From Verrucomicrobiia bacterium (GTDB lineage Bacteria > Omnitrophota > Omnitrophia > Omnitrophales > Aquincolibacteriaceae), in the NCBI GenBank assembly GCA_035495615.1, contig DATJFP010000092.1, positions 6,914 through 70,913 on the forward strand: 64,000 bases of DNA, read 5' to 3'. The notes under the pieces are model-generated. The model had not been told where the DNA came from. It searched no databases and saw only the letters and a list, made by a program, of their open reading frames with translations. The translations under genes were made by a program, and so were the position numbers. Shown here piece after piece: positions 25,959-34,723 of the stretch (the stretch's first letter is position 1; every line of letters starts with the position of its first letter).

Positions 25959-27188
25959 CTATTTAATATGCTGCGTCAGCGTCAGGATCGGCAGGAAGAG
26001 CGCGATCACGATGCCGCCGATGACCACCCCGAGAAACAGGATGATCAAGGGTTCGATCAGGGAAGTCAGGCCGTCCACCGCCGCATCGACCTGCGTGTCG
26101 TAAAAATCGGCAATCTTCATGAGCATCTCTTCCAATTCGCCCGTCTCTTCGCCGACGGCGATCATGCGCACGACCATCTGGGGGAAAACGTCGCTTTTGA
26201 GGAGCTGTCCTGAGATACTTTCCCCTTTCTTGACCGAATCCATCAGCGAGGTGATCACCAGCTCAATGCGCCTGTTGCCCGACGTCTTCGCGACGATTTC
26301 CAGGGACTGCAGGATGGAAACGCCGCTTCGGACAAGGGTGGCGAGGGTCCTCGAAAATTTACTGACGGCCACTTTCAGGAGGATGGGCCCGAAAATCGGC
26401 ATTTTGATGATGAAAGAGTCAAAGGCCAATCGTCCTGCCGGCAGCTTGATGAGCTGCGTGAAAAGGAAGATCGCGCCGCCGATACCCCCCAGGATCAGCA
26501 GCCAGTTGGCGGCCATGAAACGGCTGATGTCGATCAGCGTCTGCGTGATGACCGGCAATTTCGCGTCCAGACCTTCGAAGATCTCCGCGAATTTCGGGAT
26601 AACGAAGGTCATCATGCCGAAGGTGATCAAAAAGGCGATGATGGTGACCGACAGCGGATACATCATCGCGGACTTCACCTTCTTCTGCAGGGCGCTCGTT
26701 TTTTCGAGGTAGTTGGCGACGCGGTCGAGAATCTCTTCCAGGCTTCCGCTGGTTTCACCGGCGCGCACCATGTTGATGAAGAGAGTCGAGAACACCTTCG
26801 AATGTTTCTGCATGGCCTCGGAAAAACTTTTGCCGCTCTGCACGTCCTGGTGCATGGTTTTCAGGATGACGCGGAACCGGTCTTTCTCCACCTGCTCGCC
26901 GAGAATGTCCAGCGCCTGGATCAACGGGATGCCCGCGGACACCAGCGTGGCCATCTGGCGGGAAAAGACGACGAGGTCGTCCAGCTTGACGCTGCCGCTC
27001 TTTCCCTTTCTCTTGGCCGGGCCTTTGGAGACGTTGAAAACTTTCTTCGCCTGGATCTCGTTCACCCGGACGATGATGAGGCCCTGGGAACGCAGCGTGC
27101 CGACAAGCGTGCCCACGTCCGGAGCTTCCTGAATCCCGCTCTGATCTTTGCCTGTTCTGTCTTTGACCTGATACTCGAAGGTTGGCAT
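25959..27188 (-). CDS. pilC: type IV pilus assembly platform protein PilC (GspF family)
   Basis: Two T2SSF repeats (SAGIPLIQALDIL and RSGVSILQSLEIV) and three TM helices. Confidence 0.9.
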   Translation of the reverse strand: MPTFEYQVKDRTGKDQSGIQEAPDVGTLVGTLRSQGLIIVRVNEIQAKKVFNVSKGPAKRKGKSGSVKLDDLVVFSRQMATLVSAGIPLIQALDILGEQVEKDRFRVILKTMHQDVQSGKSFSEAMQKHSKVFSTLFINMVRAGETSGSLEEILDRVANYLEKTSALQKKVKSAMMYPLSVTIIAFLITFGMMTFVIPKFAEIFEGLDAKLPVITQTLIDISRFMAANWLLILGGIGGAIFLFTQLIKLPAGRLAFDSFIIKMPIFGPILLKVAVSKFSRTLATLVRSGVSILQSLEIVAKTSGNRRIELVITSLMDSVKKGESISGQLLKSDVFPQMVVRMIAVGEETGELEEMLMKIADFYDTQVDAAVDGLTSLIEPLIILFLGVVIGGIVIALFLPILTLTQHIK

Positions 27189-27192
27189 AAGC

Positions 27193-28902
27193 TTAGTGGT
27201 CCGAAGCGGTCACCCGCAGGACTTCCTCCATGGTGGTTTGGCCGAGTTTGAAAAGAGAGAAGGCATTTTCAAACAGCGTCTCCATTCCCTTTTTAACGGC
27301 AGCCTCGTGAATAACATTGCTGGATTTTCTTTGAATGATCAATTCCCTGATTTCATTGTCGATCGTGAGAACCTCGGTTGTGCCGAGGCGCCCGTAGTAA
27401 CCGGTGTTGTTGCATTTCGCGCAGCCCTTGCCTTTAAAGCTCTTAATGTCCTTCATGTCTTCGGGTTTCATGTGGCAGCGCCGCATCACGTCTTCCGGAA
27501 CTTCGCACGGCGCTTTGCAGAACTGGCAGATTTTTTTCATGAGCCGCTGCGCGGCCACCCCGACCAGCGAGGACGCGATGAGGAAAGGCTCCACACCCAT
27601 GTCGATGAGGCGCGTGACGGCGCCGGCCGCGCTATTGGTGTGCAGCGTGCTGAAGACAAGATGGCCGGTCAACGCGGCTTTGACCGCGATGTCCGCGGTT
27701 TCGCCGTCGCGGATTTCGCCGACCAGCACGATGTCCGGGCTTTGGCGCAAAAGCGAGCGCAGCCCCGCGGCAAACGTGAGCCCGACTTCGGGGATCACGC
27801 CGGTCTGGCTTATGCCTTCCACCTGGTATTCGACGGGATCTTCGATGGTCATGATGTTCCGGTCGGCCGTGTTCAACGTCCCCAGGATCGTGTAGAGCGT
27901 CGTGGATTTTCCGCTGCCCGTGGGGCCGGTCACGAGCATCATGCCGTAAGGATGCTTGATGATCTCGGCGATCCTGGACGTGGGCCTTTCCGTGAAGCCC
28001 AGTTTGTCGAGGCCGGATTTCAAACCCGATTTGTCCAGCACGCGGAGCACCATTTTCTCTCCGAAATACGTCGGCAGGATGGAAACGCGGAAATCCACCT
28101 CCGTGTTGTGAACCTTGATGCGGAAGCGCCCGTCCTGCGGCACGCGCTTTTCCGTGATGTCCAGCTGGGAAATGATTTTGACTCGGGCGACCACGGCGGG
28201 ATAAACGTCCTTGGCATGCGCGAACGATTCGTGAAGCGCGCCGTCGATGCGGTAGCGCACGCGGAATTCTTTTTCGTACGGCTCGAAATGGATGTCCGAA
28301 GCGCGAGACTTCAGCGCGCCGTCCAGGATCACGTTCACCATGCGCACGACCGGGGCATTGTCGATCTTGCCCCCGGAGCCCTTGTCCTCATCTTTGTTGT
28401 CTTCCTTGATGACTTCGAGGCTGTCTTCGTCGATGCCTTCGATGATTTCATCCAGGTTGGCGCTTTCGGAATAGTACTGCTCGATCAGGCCCGAAATCAT
28501 TTTGGGAGGCGCGAGAACCAGAGCCACGTCGCAGCTGAGAAGCCCTTTGATGTCGTCTTTCAGCATGAGATCGAAAGGATTGCTGGTCGCCAGCGTAACA
28601 AGTTTTTTAATGCGCGACAGCGGGATGACGCGATAACGTTCCGCGATCTTGGCCGGAAACGATTTGATGATTTCTTTGGGGATACGGTAAGCCGGAAGAT
28701 TCAGGAGGGGGATCCCGAGATGGTTGCTCATGAAATCGATCATCTCGTCGTCCTTCATCATCTCTTTTTCGGTGATCAGCTGCAAAACCGTCTTTTTTTC
28801 TTTCCGTGCAAGAGGCATCAGCTCTTTCAACTTTTCCGCGTCCACCTTTTTTTCCTCGACGAGGAGCTCGGCCAGTTTGTCCGCGGAAAAATGAGGCGTC
28901 AT
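27193..28902 (-). CDS. pilB: type IV pilus assembly ATPase PilB/GspE family (copy 1)
   Basis: GspE N-domain, Walker A LVTGPTGSGKSTT, Asp box, His box, and a tetra-Cys zinc motif (CQFCK...CAKC). The start was moved to the ATG at 28902 (MTPHF), which is preceded by GGGAGGGAAGG. Confidence 0.9.
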   Translation of the reverse strand: MTPHFSADKLAELLVEEKKVDAEKLKELMPLARKEKKTVLQLITEKEMMKDDEMIDFMSNHLGIPLLNLPAYRIPKEIIKSFPAKIAERYRVIPLSRIKKLVTLATSNPFDLMLKDDIKGLLSCDVALVLAPPKMISGLIEQYYSESANLDEIIEGIDEDSLEVIKEDNKDEDKGSGGKIDNAPVVRMVNVILDGALKSRASDIHFEPYEKEFRVRYRIDGALHESFAHAKDVYPAVVARVKIISQLDITEKRVPQDGRFRIKVHNTEVDFRVSILPTYFGEKMVLRVLDKSGLKSGLDKLGFTERPTSRIAEIIKHPYGMMLVTGPTGSGKSTTLYTILGTLNTADRNIMTIEDPVEYQVEGISQTGVIPEVGLTFAAGLRSLLRQSPDIVLVGEIRDGETADIAVKAALTGHLVFSTLHTNSAAGAVTRLIDMGVEPFLIASSLVGVAAQRLMKKICQFCKAPCEVPEDVMRRCHMKPEDMKDIKSFKGKGCAKCNNTGYYGRLGTTEVLTIDNEIRELIIQRKSSNVIHEAAVKKGMETLFENAFSLFKLGQTTMEEVLRVTASDH

Positions 28903-30662
28903 GCGGCCTTCCCTCCCGTTTTCGCCTGGTCCGCGGCGGTCACGCGGTAAACCTCTTCCAGCGACGTCTCCCCTTCCGAGGCCTTGCGCACGGCGCATTC
29001 GCGGAGCGTGGTCATGCCCTGCTCACGCCCCTGCGCCTTGATGTCGTCCGAAGAAGCGGCCTTTGCAATCATCGAAATCACCTGCGGCGTCATTTCCAGG
29101 ATTTCCGTGATCACGGTGCGGCCGGCGTAACCCGAATTGCGGCAGCGCTGGCAGCCTTTCGGCTGAAAAAAGGTGTGGGGCTTCGAAGGATCCAGGCCCA
29201 GGTTTTTCAATGTTTCGGCATCGACTTCATAAGGCTGGCGGCATTTGAAGCACAGGCGGCGCACCAGGCGCTGGGCGGAAATCATGATCACAGTCGATGC
29301 GATGAGAAATGGTTCCAGCCCCATGTTCATCATGCGCGTGACGGAGCTCGCGGCATCGTTGGTGTGCAGCGTGCTGAGCACGAGGTGGCCGGTGAGCGCG
29401 GCCTTGACCGCGATGTCCAGCGTGTCGTTGTCGCGGATTTCACCAATGAGGATGATGTCCGGATCCTGGCGCAGGATCGAACGCAGCGCCGCCGGAAAAG
29501 TCAGCCCTACGGTGTCGCGGACGTTCACCTGGTTGATGCCGATCATCTGGTATTCCACGGGGTCTTCGACCGTTGTGATGTTCACTTCGGGATCGTCCAG
29601 GTATTTGAGCACAGAGTAAAGCGTCGTGGTTTTGCCGCTGCCCGTAGGGCCCGTCACCAGGATCATGCCGTGCGGCCGCTGCGCGGAATCTTTGATGATC
29701 TGCTGCTCGCGGTCGTTGAACCCCAGCTTGCTGATGTCGTGGCTCTGTGACGACGTGTCCAGAATACGCAAGCACACCTTCTCGCCGAAGCTCGTCGGCA
29801 AAATCGAAATGCGCATGTCCACCTGGCGTTTTTCGGCTTTGACCTTGATGCGGCCGTCCTGCGGGACCCGGTGTTCGGCAATGTCGAGGTTGCTCATGAC
29901 CTTGATCCTGGAAACGATGGCCGAGGCCAGCGACTTGGGCGGCCGGATGACTTCTTCCAGAAGCCCGTCGACGCGCGCGCGGACGCGCACGTGGTTTTCC
30001 CAGGGCTCGATGAAAATGTCGCTGGCGTGCCGCTTGATGCCCTCGATCAAGAGCCGGTTCACGAGCTTGATGACCGGCGTTTCGAACGCTTCCTTCATCA
30101 GGTCGGAAGTCTGGACGGCGGGGCCATCCTGCTCGATCTCGATGGCCTTCACGATGTCGTCGAGCTCCTCGCTGTAATTTTTCTCCGAGCCCCCGGCCGC
30201 CGGCGCCTCGCCCGGCTTGGCTTCGAAGTAGTACTTCTGCACGTATTTTTTCAACACGCTGTATTGCGCGACCGCGGCCTTGATGCGCAGGCCCGTGATG
30301 CTGTGGAGCTCATCGATGGCCTTCAGGTTCAGCGGATTGGCGAGCGCCACGGTCAACGTGTTCTCCAGGCGCGTGATCGGCAGAGCGTTGTACTTCTCCG
30401 CGATTTTGGCGGGAATCAGCTTGATGAGCTCCGGCTCGATGACGAAGATCGCGGGATTGACCGATGTCATGGCGTACTCCTGGCTGAGTACTTTGACGAG
30501 CGCGCGCTCGTCGCATTTGCCCAGCCGCAGGAGAACGTCGAGGAGCGGCTCTTTGGTTTCTTCGTGCTCGCGAAGGGCCTGATGGATGTCGCCGGGCGCC
30601 GCGACGTTACCCTTGATCAGGCTATTTTGAAGCTCGGCGTAAATATTTTCTTTTCCCGGCAT
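28899..30662 (-). CDS. PilB/GspE/MshE-family secretion ATPase (copy 2, tandem paralog)
   Basis: Walker A LVTGPTGSGKTTT and a tetra-Cys motif (CFKCR...CQRC), with the same architecture as copy 1. It overlaps copy 1 by 4 nt. Confidence 0.85.
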   Translation of the reverse strand: MPGKENIYAELQNSLIKGNVAAPGDIHQALREHEETKEPLLDVLLRLGKCDERALVKVLSQEYAMTSVNPAIFVIEPELIKLIPAKIAEKYNALPITRLENTLTVALANPLNLKAIDELHSITGLRIKAAVAQYSVLKKYVQKYYFEAKPGEAPAAGGSEKNYSEELDDIVKAIEIEQDGPAVQTSDLMKEAFETPVIKLVNRLLIEGIKRHASDIFIEPWENHVRVRARVDGLLEEVIRPPKSLASAIVSRIKVMSNLDIAEHRVPQDGRIKVKAEKRQVDMRISILPTSFGEKVCLRILDTSSQSHDISKLGFNDREQQIIKDSAQRPHGMILVTGPTGSGKTTTLYSVLKYLDDPEVNITTVEDPVEYQMIGINQVNVRDTVGLTFPAALRSILRQDPDIILIGEIRDNDTLDIAVKAALTGHLVLSTLHTNDAASSVTRMMNMGLEPFLIASTVIMISAQRLVRRLCFKCRQPYEVDAETLKNLGLDPSKPHTFFQPKGCQRCRNSGYAGRTVITEILEMTPQVISMIAKAASSDDIKAQGREQGMTTLRECAVRKASEGETSLEEVYRVTAADQAKTGGKAA

Positions 30663-30664
30663 TC

Positions 30665-31147
30665 CTAACCCGCTTTTCTCTTTTCGACTTTCGGGGTTTG
30701 TTTGGAGTAGGCAAGGTCCAGCATGTTCAAAATCTCGCTCGCGGTGGAAACAAAGACCTGGGGTTTGAGCTTCAAACGCTGGCGGAGGTCTTCGATGACG
30801 GTGGCATTCAAGGGATCGCTGACCGCCACAAAGACCCGGGTTTCGTCGTAGTCAATGACCACAAGCACCGCATGGCGGCAAAATTCTTCGGTCAGCAGAT
30901 GAACGGCTTCCATGTTGACCGCGTAATTCACCAGAGGCAGGTACGGCATTCCGAGCTGACGGCACAGCGCGCTGACGAGATCCTCTTCGCTCAGATAGCC
31001 GAGCTGGATGAGGATCTGGCCGATAAGGCCGCCCTCTTTTTTCTGGTAGCAAAGCGCTTCTTCCAGGTTCTCCTGCGTGAGGAGCCCGTCTTCAATAAGC
31101 AGTTCTCCCAAACGGCGTTTGGGTTTCTCCCTGGGGACAGTATCCAT
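30665..31147 (-). CDS. stand-alone MshEN-type c-di-GMP-binding domain + GspE N-terminal (T2SSE_N) domain protein, no ATPase domain
   Basis: Tandem 24-aa motifs RLGELLIEDGLLTQENLEEALCYQ and LIGQILIQLGYLSEEDLVSALCRQ separated by a 5-aa spacer (KKEGG). This is the canonical MshEN RLGxx(L)(V/I)xxG(I/F)(L/V)xxxxLxxxLxxQ x2 arrangement. Confidence 0.7.
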   Translation of the reverse strand: MDTVPREKPKRRLGELLIEDGLLTQENLEEALCYQKKEGGLIGQILIQLGYLSEEDLVSALCRQLGMPYLPLVNYAVNMEAVHLLTEEFCRHAVLVVIDYDETRVFVAVSDPLNATVIEDLRQRLKLKPQVFVSTASEILNMLDLAYSKQTPKVEKRKAG

Positions 31148-31272
31148 GCTATAAAAAGTATAATGAATGATAGTTTTGTTTTCAATTTGCTCTAAGATAG
31201 ATTTAATATAAAAAGGACAAAATGATGCTAGTTAATGCTATCTAATGATATCTAAAGATAATTCTGAAGAAA

Positions 31273-31986
31273 TCAGAGGTAGGATGCCAGCGGACAGCCT
31301 TCGCAATCAAACCGCGTGGCTTTGCAATGGCGTTTGCCCAGTTCGACGATCTGGGCATGGAAATCGTTGTAAAGCGAGACCTTGGGCGGCAGCGCGTTAT
31401 GGAATAGACGCTGCCATTCGTGATAATCCGCCTCGAAATCATGCAGGCCGTGGCGGGAAAAAATCCTCTTGGTGTAGGCGTCCATGACAAAAGTCAGCTT
31501 GCCTCCCGCATAGAGCAGGATGGAGTCCGCGGTCTCGGGCCCGATGCCGTTTACGCCCAGGAGTTCCTGCCGGAGCGACGCCGCGTCCTGGCGGAACATG
31601 GCGGCCAGGCTGCCACCGTAGCGACGCGTGAGAAAATCTGTGAAATGCTTCAAACGCTTGGCCTTCACGTTGAAATACCCCGCCGGCCGGATCAGCCGCG
31701 CAAGCGTCGAAGCCTTGGTGCCGTGCATGGCCTTGACCGTGAGTTTGCCCGCGCGTTTGAGATTCAGGAGCGCTTTTTCCACGTTGGTCCAGGCCGTGTT
31801 CTGCGTAAGGATGGCGCCGACGATGATTTCGAAAGGCGTGTCGCCGGGCCACCACGCGCGATGGCCAAAGGCTTTGAGAAGGCGGCGGTAGATTTCGGGA
31901 AGTTCGCCCGGCGTAAGCTTACGCCGCGAAAGGAAATTTTTCGACGGCTTCATAGACCGGGCCCGTTCCGGAGGAGTGGCTTTCAT
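31273..31986 (-). CDS. HhH-GPD superfamily DNA glycosylase (endonuclease III-related)
   Basis: HhH-GPD motif LLGVNGIGPETADSILLYAGG plus a catalytic Asp region. Confidence 0.7.
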   Translation of the reverse strand: MKATPPERARSMKPSKNFLSRRKLTPGELPEIYRRLLKAFGHRAWWPGDTPFEIIVGAILTQNTAWTNVEKALLNLKRAGKLTVKAMHGTKASTLARLIRPAGYFNVKAKRLKHFTDFLTRRYGGSLAAMFRQDAASLRQELLGVNGIGPETADSILLYAGGKLTFVMDAYTKRIFSRHGLHDFEADYHEWQRLFHNALPPKVSLYNDFHAQIVELGKRHCKATRFDCEGCPLASYL

Positions 31987-32503
31987 AAAGGACCATGTGG
32001 CCGATCACGGCTTCGGCTGTGGCCGGAAAATCAACGCGCGGCTCCAGCCGGAATTCCGCGATATTTTTGACGCGCGCGATCGTGGCATGCGGGCGGAAGG
32101 CCCGCTCTTCGACCGGAAACCCCGCAGCCTTCAGGGACGCCTCGATCCGCGCCTGAAAAGCGGCGAGCGGCTCCAACTCCCCTTTCAATCCCAGCCATAC
32201 CACCCGCGGCCGGCGCTCGTCGGGAAAAAATCCCAGGCCTTCCATGGCGATTTTCAAGGGCCGCATCTTTTGCGCTTCAGCCGCGCCGAGGGTTTTGATC
32301 TTGGGATAATCTTCGTCAGGAACGGGGCCGAAAAAATGCAGCGTCGCATGGATCTGAGAAGGCACGCACCATTTCATGCCGCGGCTCTTCGCCTGCAGGC
32401 GGGCCATGTAGGCCTCCGTCGGCCCCTCGAAATATTCCGCCAGCGGCAGCGCGAAAAAAAGACGCCTCACCGCAAGCCCCGGGGGCCGCGCAGCTCGCGC
32501 CAC
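31919..32503 (-). CDS. thpR: RNA 2',3'-cyclic phosphodiesterase (2H phosphoesterase, LigT/ThpR)
   Basis: Two H-x-T-x motifs (HATLHFFG and HATIARV). The start is uncertain because the listed start overlaps the cinA 3' end. Confidence 0.8.
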   Translation of the reverse strand: MARAARPPGLAVRRLFFALPLAEYFEGPTEAYMARLQAKSRGMKWCVPSQIHATLHFFGPVPDEDYPKIKTLGAAEAQKMRPLKIAMEGLGFFPDERRPRVVWLGLKGELEPLAAFQARIEASLKAAGFPVEERAFRPHATIARVKNIAEFRLEPRVDFPATAEAVIGHMVLYESHSSGTGPVYEAVEKFPFAA

Positions 32504-33711
32504 AAAAGCTCCAGGGCCTTGACTGTGCTTTTGGTTTGAATCGCCTGACGGTCGCCGGAAAACACAAATTTCCAGACCCGCGTCTGGCGCGGGCCCGCGA
32601 GAGCGATGCAGACCGTGCCCACGGGTTTTGTCTTAGTGCCGCCGTCCGGTCCCGCAATTCCGGTAATCCCCACGCCGTAAACCGCGCGGCATTTTTCCCT
32701 CACCCCGCGGGCCATGGCGCGCGCGGTTTCGGGCGAGACCGCGCCTTTAGAATTCAGTACGGCTGCCGGAACCCCCAGCTGCTTTTCTTTGATTTCATTG
32801 GCGTAGGCGACCACGCCTCCTTTGAAATAACGGCTGGAACCGGGCACCGACGTCAGGACCGCCGAAAGCGCGCCGCCGGTACAGCTTTCCGCGGCCGCGA
32901 GCGTGGCTCTTTTTTTCAAAAGCAGACGTCCCACGACTTCCGCCAGCGAAAGGTCCTCGTAAGCGTAGACGTGTTCCTTGAGACGCTTCTCGATGTGGCG
33001 GCGCAGCCGCGTGATCACGGCCGGAGTTTCCGCCTGGTTGAAAAAAGAGACTTCTCCGGCGTAAGGATAAATACCGAAATCAAACGGGTCGGAGAAAAAA
33101 GACGATCCTAGTTTCGACATGACGTCCGGCTCGGAAATGCCTGCGGTCTTCACCACGAGCGAATACTTGGCTTTGAGGCCCGGAAATTTCTTTTTGAGGA
33201 GCGGCGTGACGAGCTCCGCGAACATTTTTTCCTGCTCGCGCGGCACGCCCGGAAGCACGGCCACGAGGTGTTTCCCATCTTCGATGGAAAAGCCCAGCGC
33301 GATGCCGTGGCGGTTGACGAGCGGCACCGCGTTCGAAGGAAAAAGCGCTTCTTTACGCACGATGGCGGGAACGTTTTTTTTGCGGCCCTTGTAATAGCGG
33401 ACAATGTGGCGGTACTGGTCCTGGGAAAATTCCAGGGAAACGCCGTAATGTTCGGCCACGGCTTCCCGCGTCACGTCGTCGGGCGTGGGGCCCAATCCCC
33501 CGGTCAGCACCACGACCGGAGCTTCAGCGAGCGCCTCGCGCAGCGACGCGATGATGGGCCCGGTTTCGTCCGGACAGGATTTTTGCGCGCGGACTTTGAA
33601 TCCCAGGCGTGTCAATTCACGCCCCAGAAACTGCGCGTTGGTATTGAGCGCGCGCCCTTTCAGGAGCTCGTCGCCGATGGTGAGGATCGCAGCCGTGGGC
33701 CGGGTTTCCAT
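32467..33711 (-). CDS. cinA: CinA-family competence/damage-inducible protein (MocF-like + NMN deamidase PncC domains)
   Basis: N-terminus AILTIGDELLKGRALNTNAQFL. C-terminal CinA domain TLAAAESCTGGALSAVLTSVPGSS. Confidence 0.9.
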   Translation of the reverse strand: METRPTAAILTIGDELLKGRALNTNAQFLGRELTRLGFKVRAQKSCPDETGPIIASLREALAEAPVVVLTGGLGPTPDDVTREAVAEHYGVSLEFSQDQYRHIVRYYKGRKKNVPAIVRKEALFPSNAVPLVNRHGIALGFSIEDGKHLVAVLPGVPREQEKMFAELVTPLLKKKFPGLKAKYSLVVKTAGISEPDVMSKLGSSFFSDPFDFGIYPYAGEVSFFNQAETPAVITRLRRHIEKRLKEHVYAYEDLSLAEVVGRLLLKKRATLAAAESCTGGALSAVLTSVPGSSRYFKGGVVAYANEIKEKQLGVPAAVLNSKGAVSPETARAMARGVREKCRAVYGVGITGIAGPDGGTKTKPVGTVCIALAGPRQTRVWKFVFSGDRQAIQTKSTVKALELLWRELRGPRGLR

Positions 33712-33715
33712 GAAG

Positions 33716-34723
33716 TTATCCCAAAATGAGCTTGAGGATCAGCCAGCTGTAAATGCCCGCCCCGAGATCGTCGAGCATGATGCCCCAGAAGCCGTGGATC
33801 TTTTCCAGGCGGCGAAGCGGGAACGGCTTCAAGATGTCGAAAAAACGGAAAAGCAGGAAGCCGAGCCCCAGCGACATCCAGCCCAGGGGCAGGCCGGCAA
33901 GCGCGAGCATCATGCCGCAGGTCTCGTCCACGACCACGTACGACGGGTCTTCGTGTTCCTTCAATCCAAGGCGCCGTACGCCCCACCACCCCGCGCAAAA
34001 AATAATCACAAAGGAACCGGCGTAGACCGCGGGATGGACGCTGCAAAGGATGATGAGCGGGATGGCAAGCAGCGAACCCCACGTGCCGGCGGGTCCGGGA
34101 AAAAGCCCCACGCCCATGGCGCTTGTGTATTTGGCAAAAAAAGGAGTAAGGCAAAGCTTGTGGTTGGAAATCATGAACGTGATTCCCGAGACGATCGTCA
34201 TGATCACGGCAGCAACCACAAAGAAAAACATCACGTGCCGGAGGATGGCATTCTCATGATAATCGCTCACCATCTGGTAAATAAGAGAGAACGACACCGC
34301 CGCGATCTGGAGGCCCATCTTGAATTTGCCGAGCTTTTCCGCGCCGATGGCTTTGCCTTCGAGCAGCCAGCCTGTCCGGCAAAACGTGATGATGATTTCG
34401 CGGGCAAAAACCGGAACCACCCACCAAAAGGAATAATAGCCGAGCGCGGCAAAGGCGGACAAAGGCCCGAGGATGAGGACCTTGTCGGCCAGAGGATCCA
34501 CGTACTTTCCAGTATCACTGACGACACCCATCTTGCGCGCAAGCAGTCCGTCCCATTGGTCGGTAAAGGCGGCAAAGCCGTAAATCCAGGACGCAAGCTG
34601 ATGGGCTTGAGGTTCGTGGCGGAAAATAAAATACGGAAGGATACAGCCCAGAACGGCTCTCAAGGCGCTCAGGGCATTAGGGAGATGCGAAAAACCCGGC
34701 TTAGATTTCACCCAAAAGGTCAT
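33716..34723 (-). CDS. fused CDP-diacylglycerol--glycerol-3-phosphate 3-phosphatidyltransferase / phosphatidylglycerophosphatase A (PgsA-PgpA fusion)
   Basis: N-terminal half has the CDP-alcohol phosphatidyltransferase motif DQWDGLLARKMGVVSDTGKYVDPLADK (DG..AR x8 G x3 D x3 D). C-terminal half has PgpA motifs PAGTWGSLLAIP, DETCGMMLAL and FRFFDILKPFP. Confidence 0.8.
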   Translation of the reverse strand: MTFWVKSKPGFSHLPNALSALRAVLGCILPYFIFRHEPQAHQLASWIYGFAAFTDQWDGLLARKMGVVSDTGKYVDPLADKVLILGPLSAFAALGYYSFWWVVPVFAREIIITFCRTGWLLEGKAIGAEKLGKFKMGLQIAAVSFSLIYQMVSDYHENAILRHVMFFFVVAAVIMTIVSGITFMISNHKLCLTPFFAKYTSAMGVGLFPGPAGTWGSLLAIPLIILCSVHPAVYAGSFVIIFCAGWWGVRRLGLKEHEDPSYVVVDETCGMMLALAGLPLGWMSLGLGFLLFRFFDILKPFPLRRLEKIHGFWGIMLDDLGAGIYSWLILKLILG

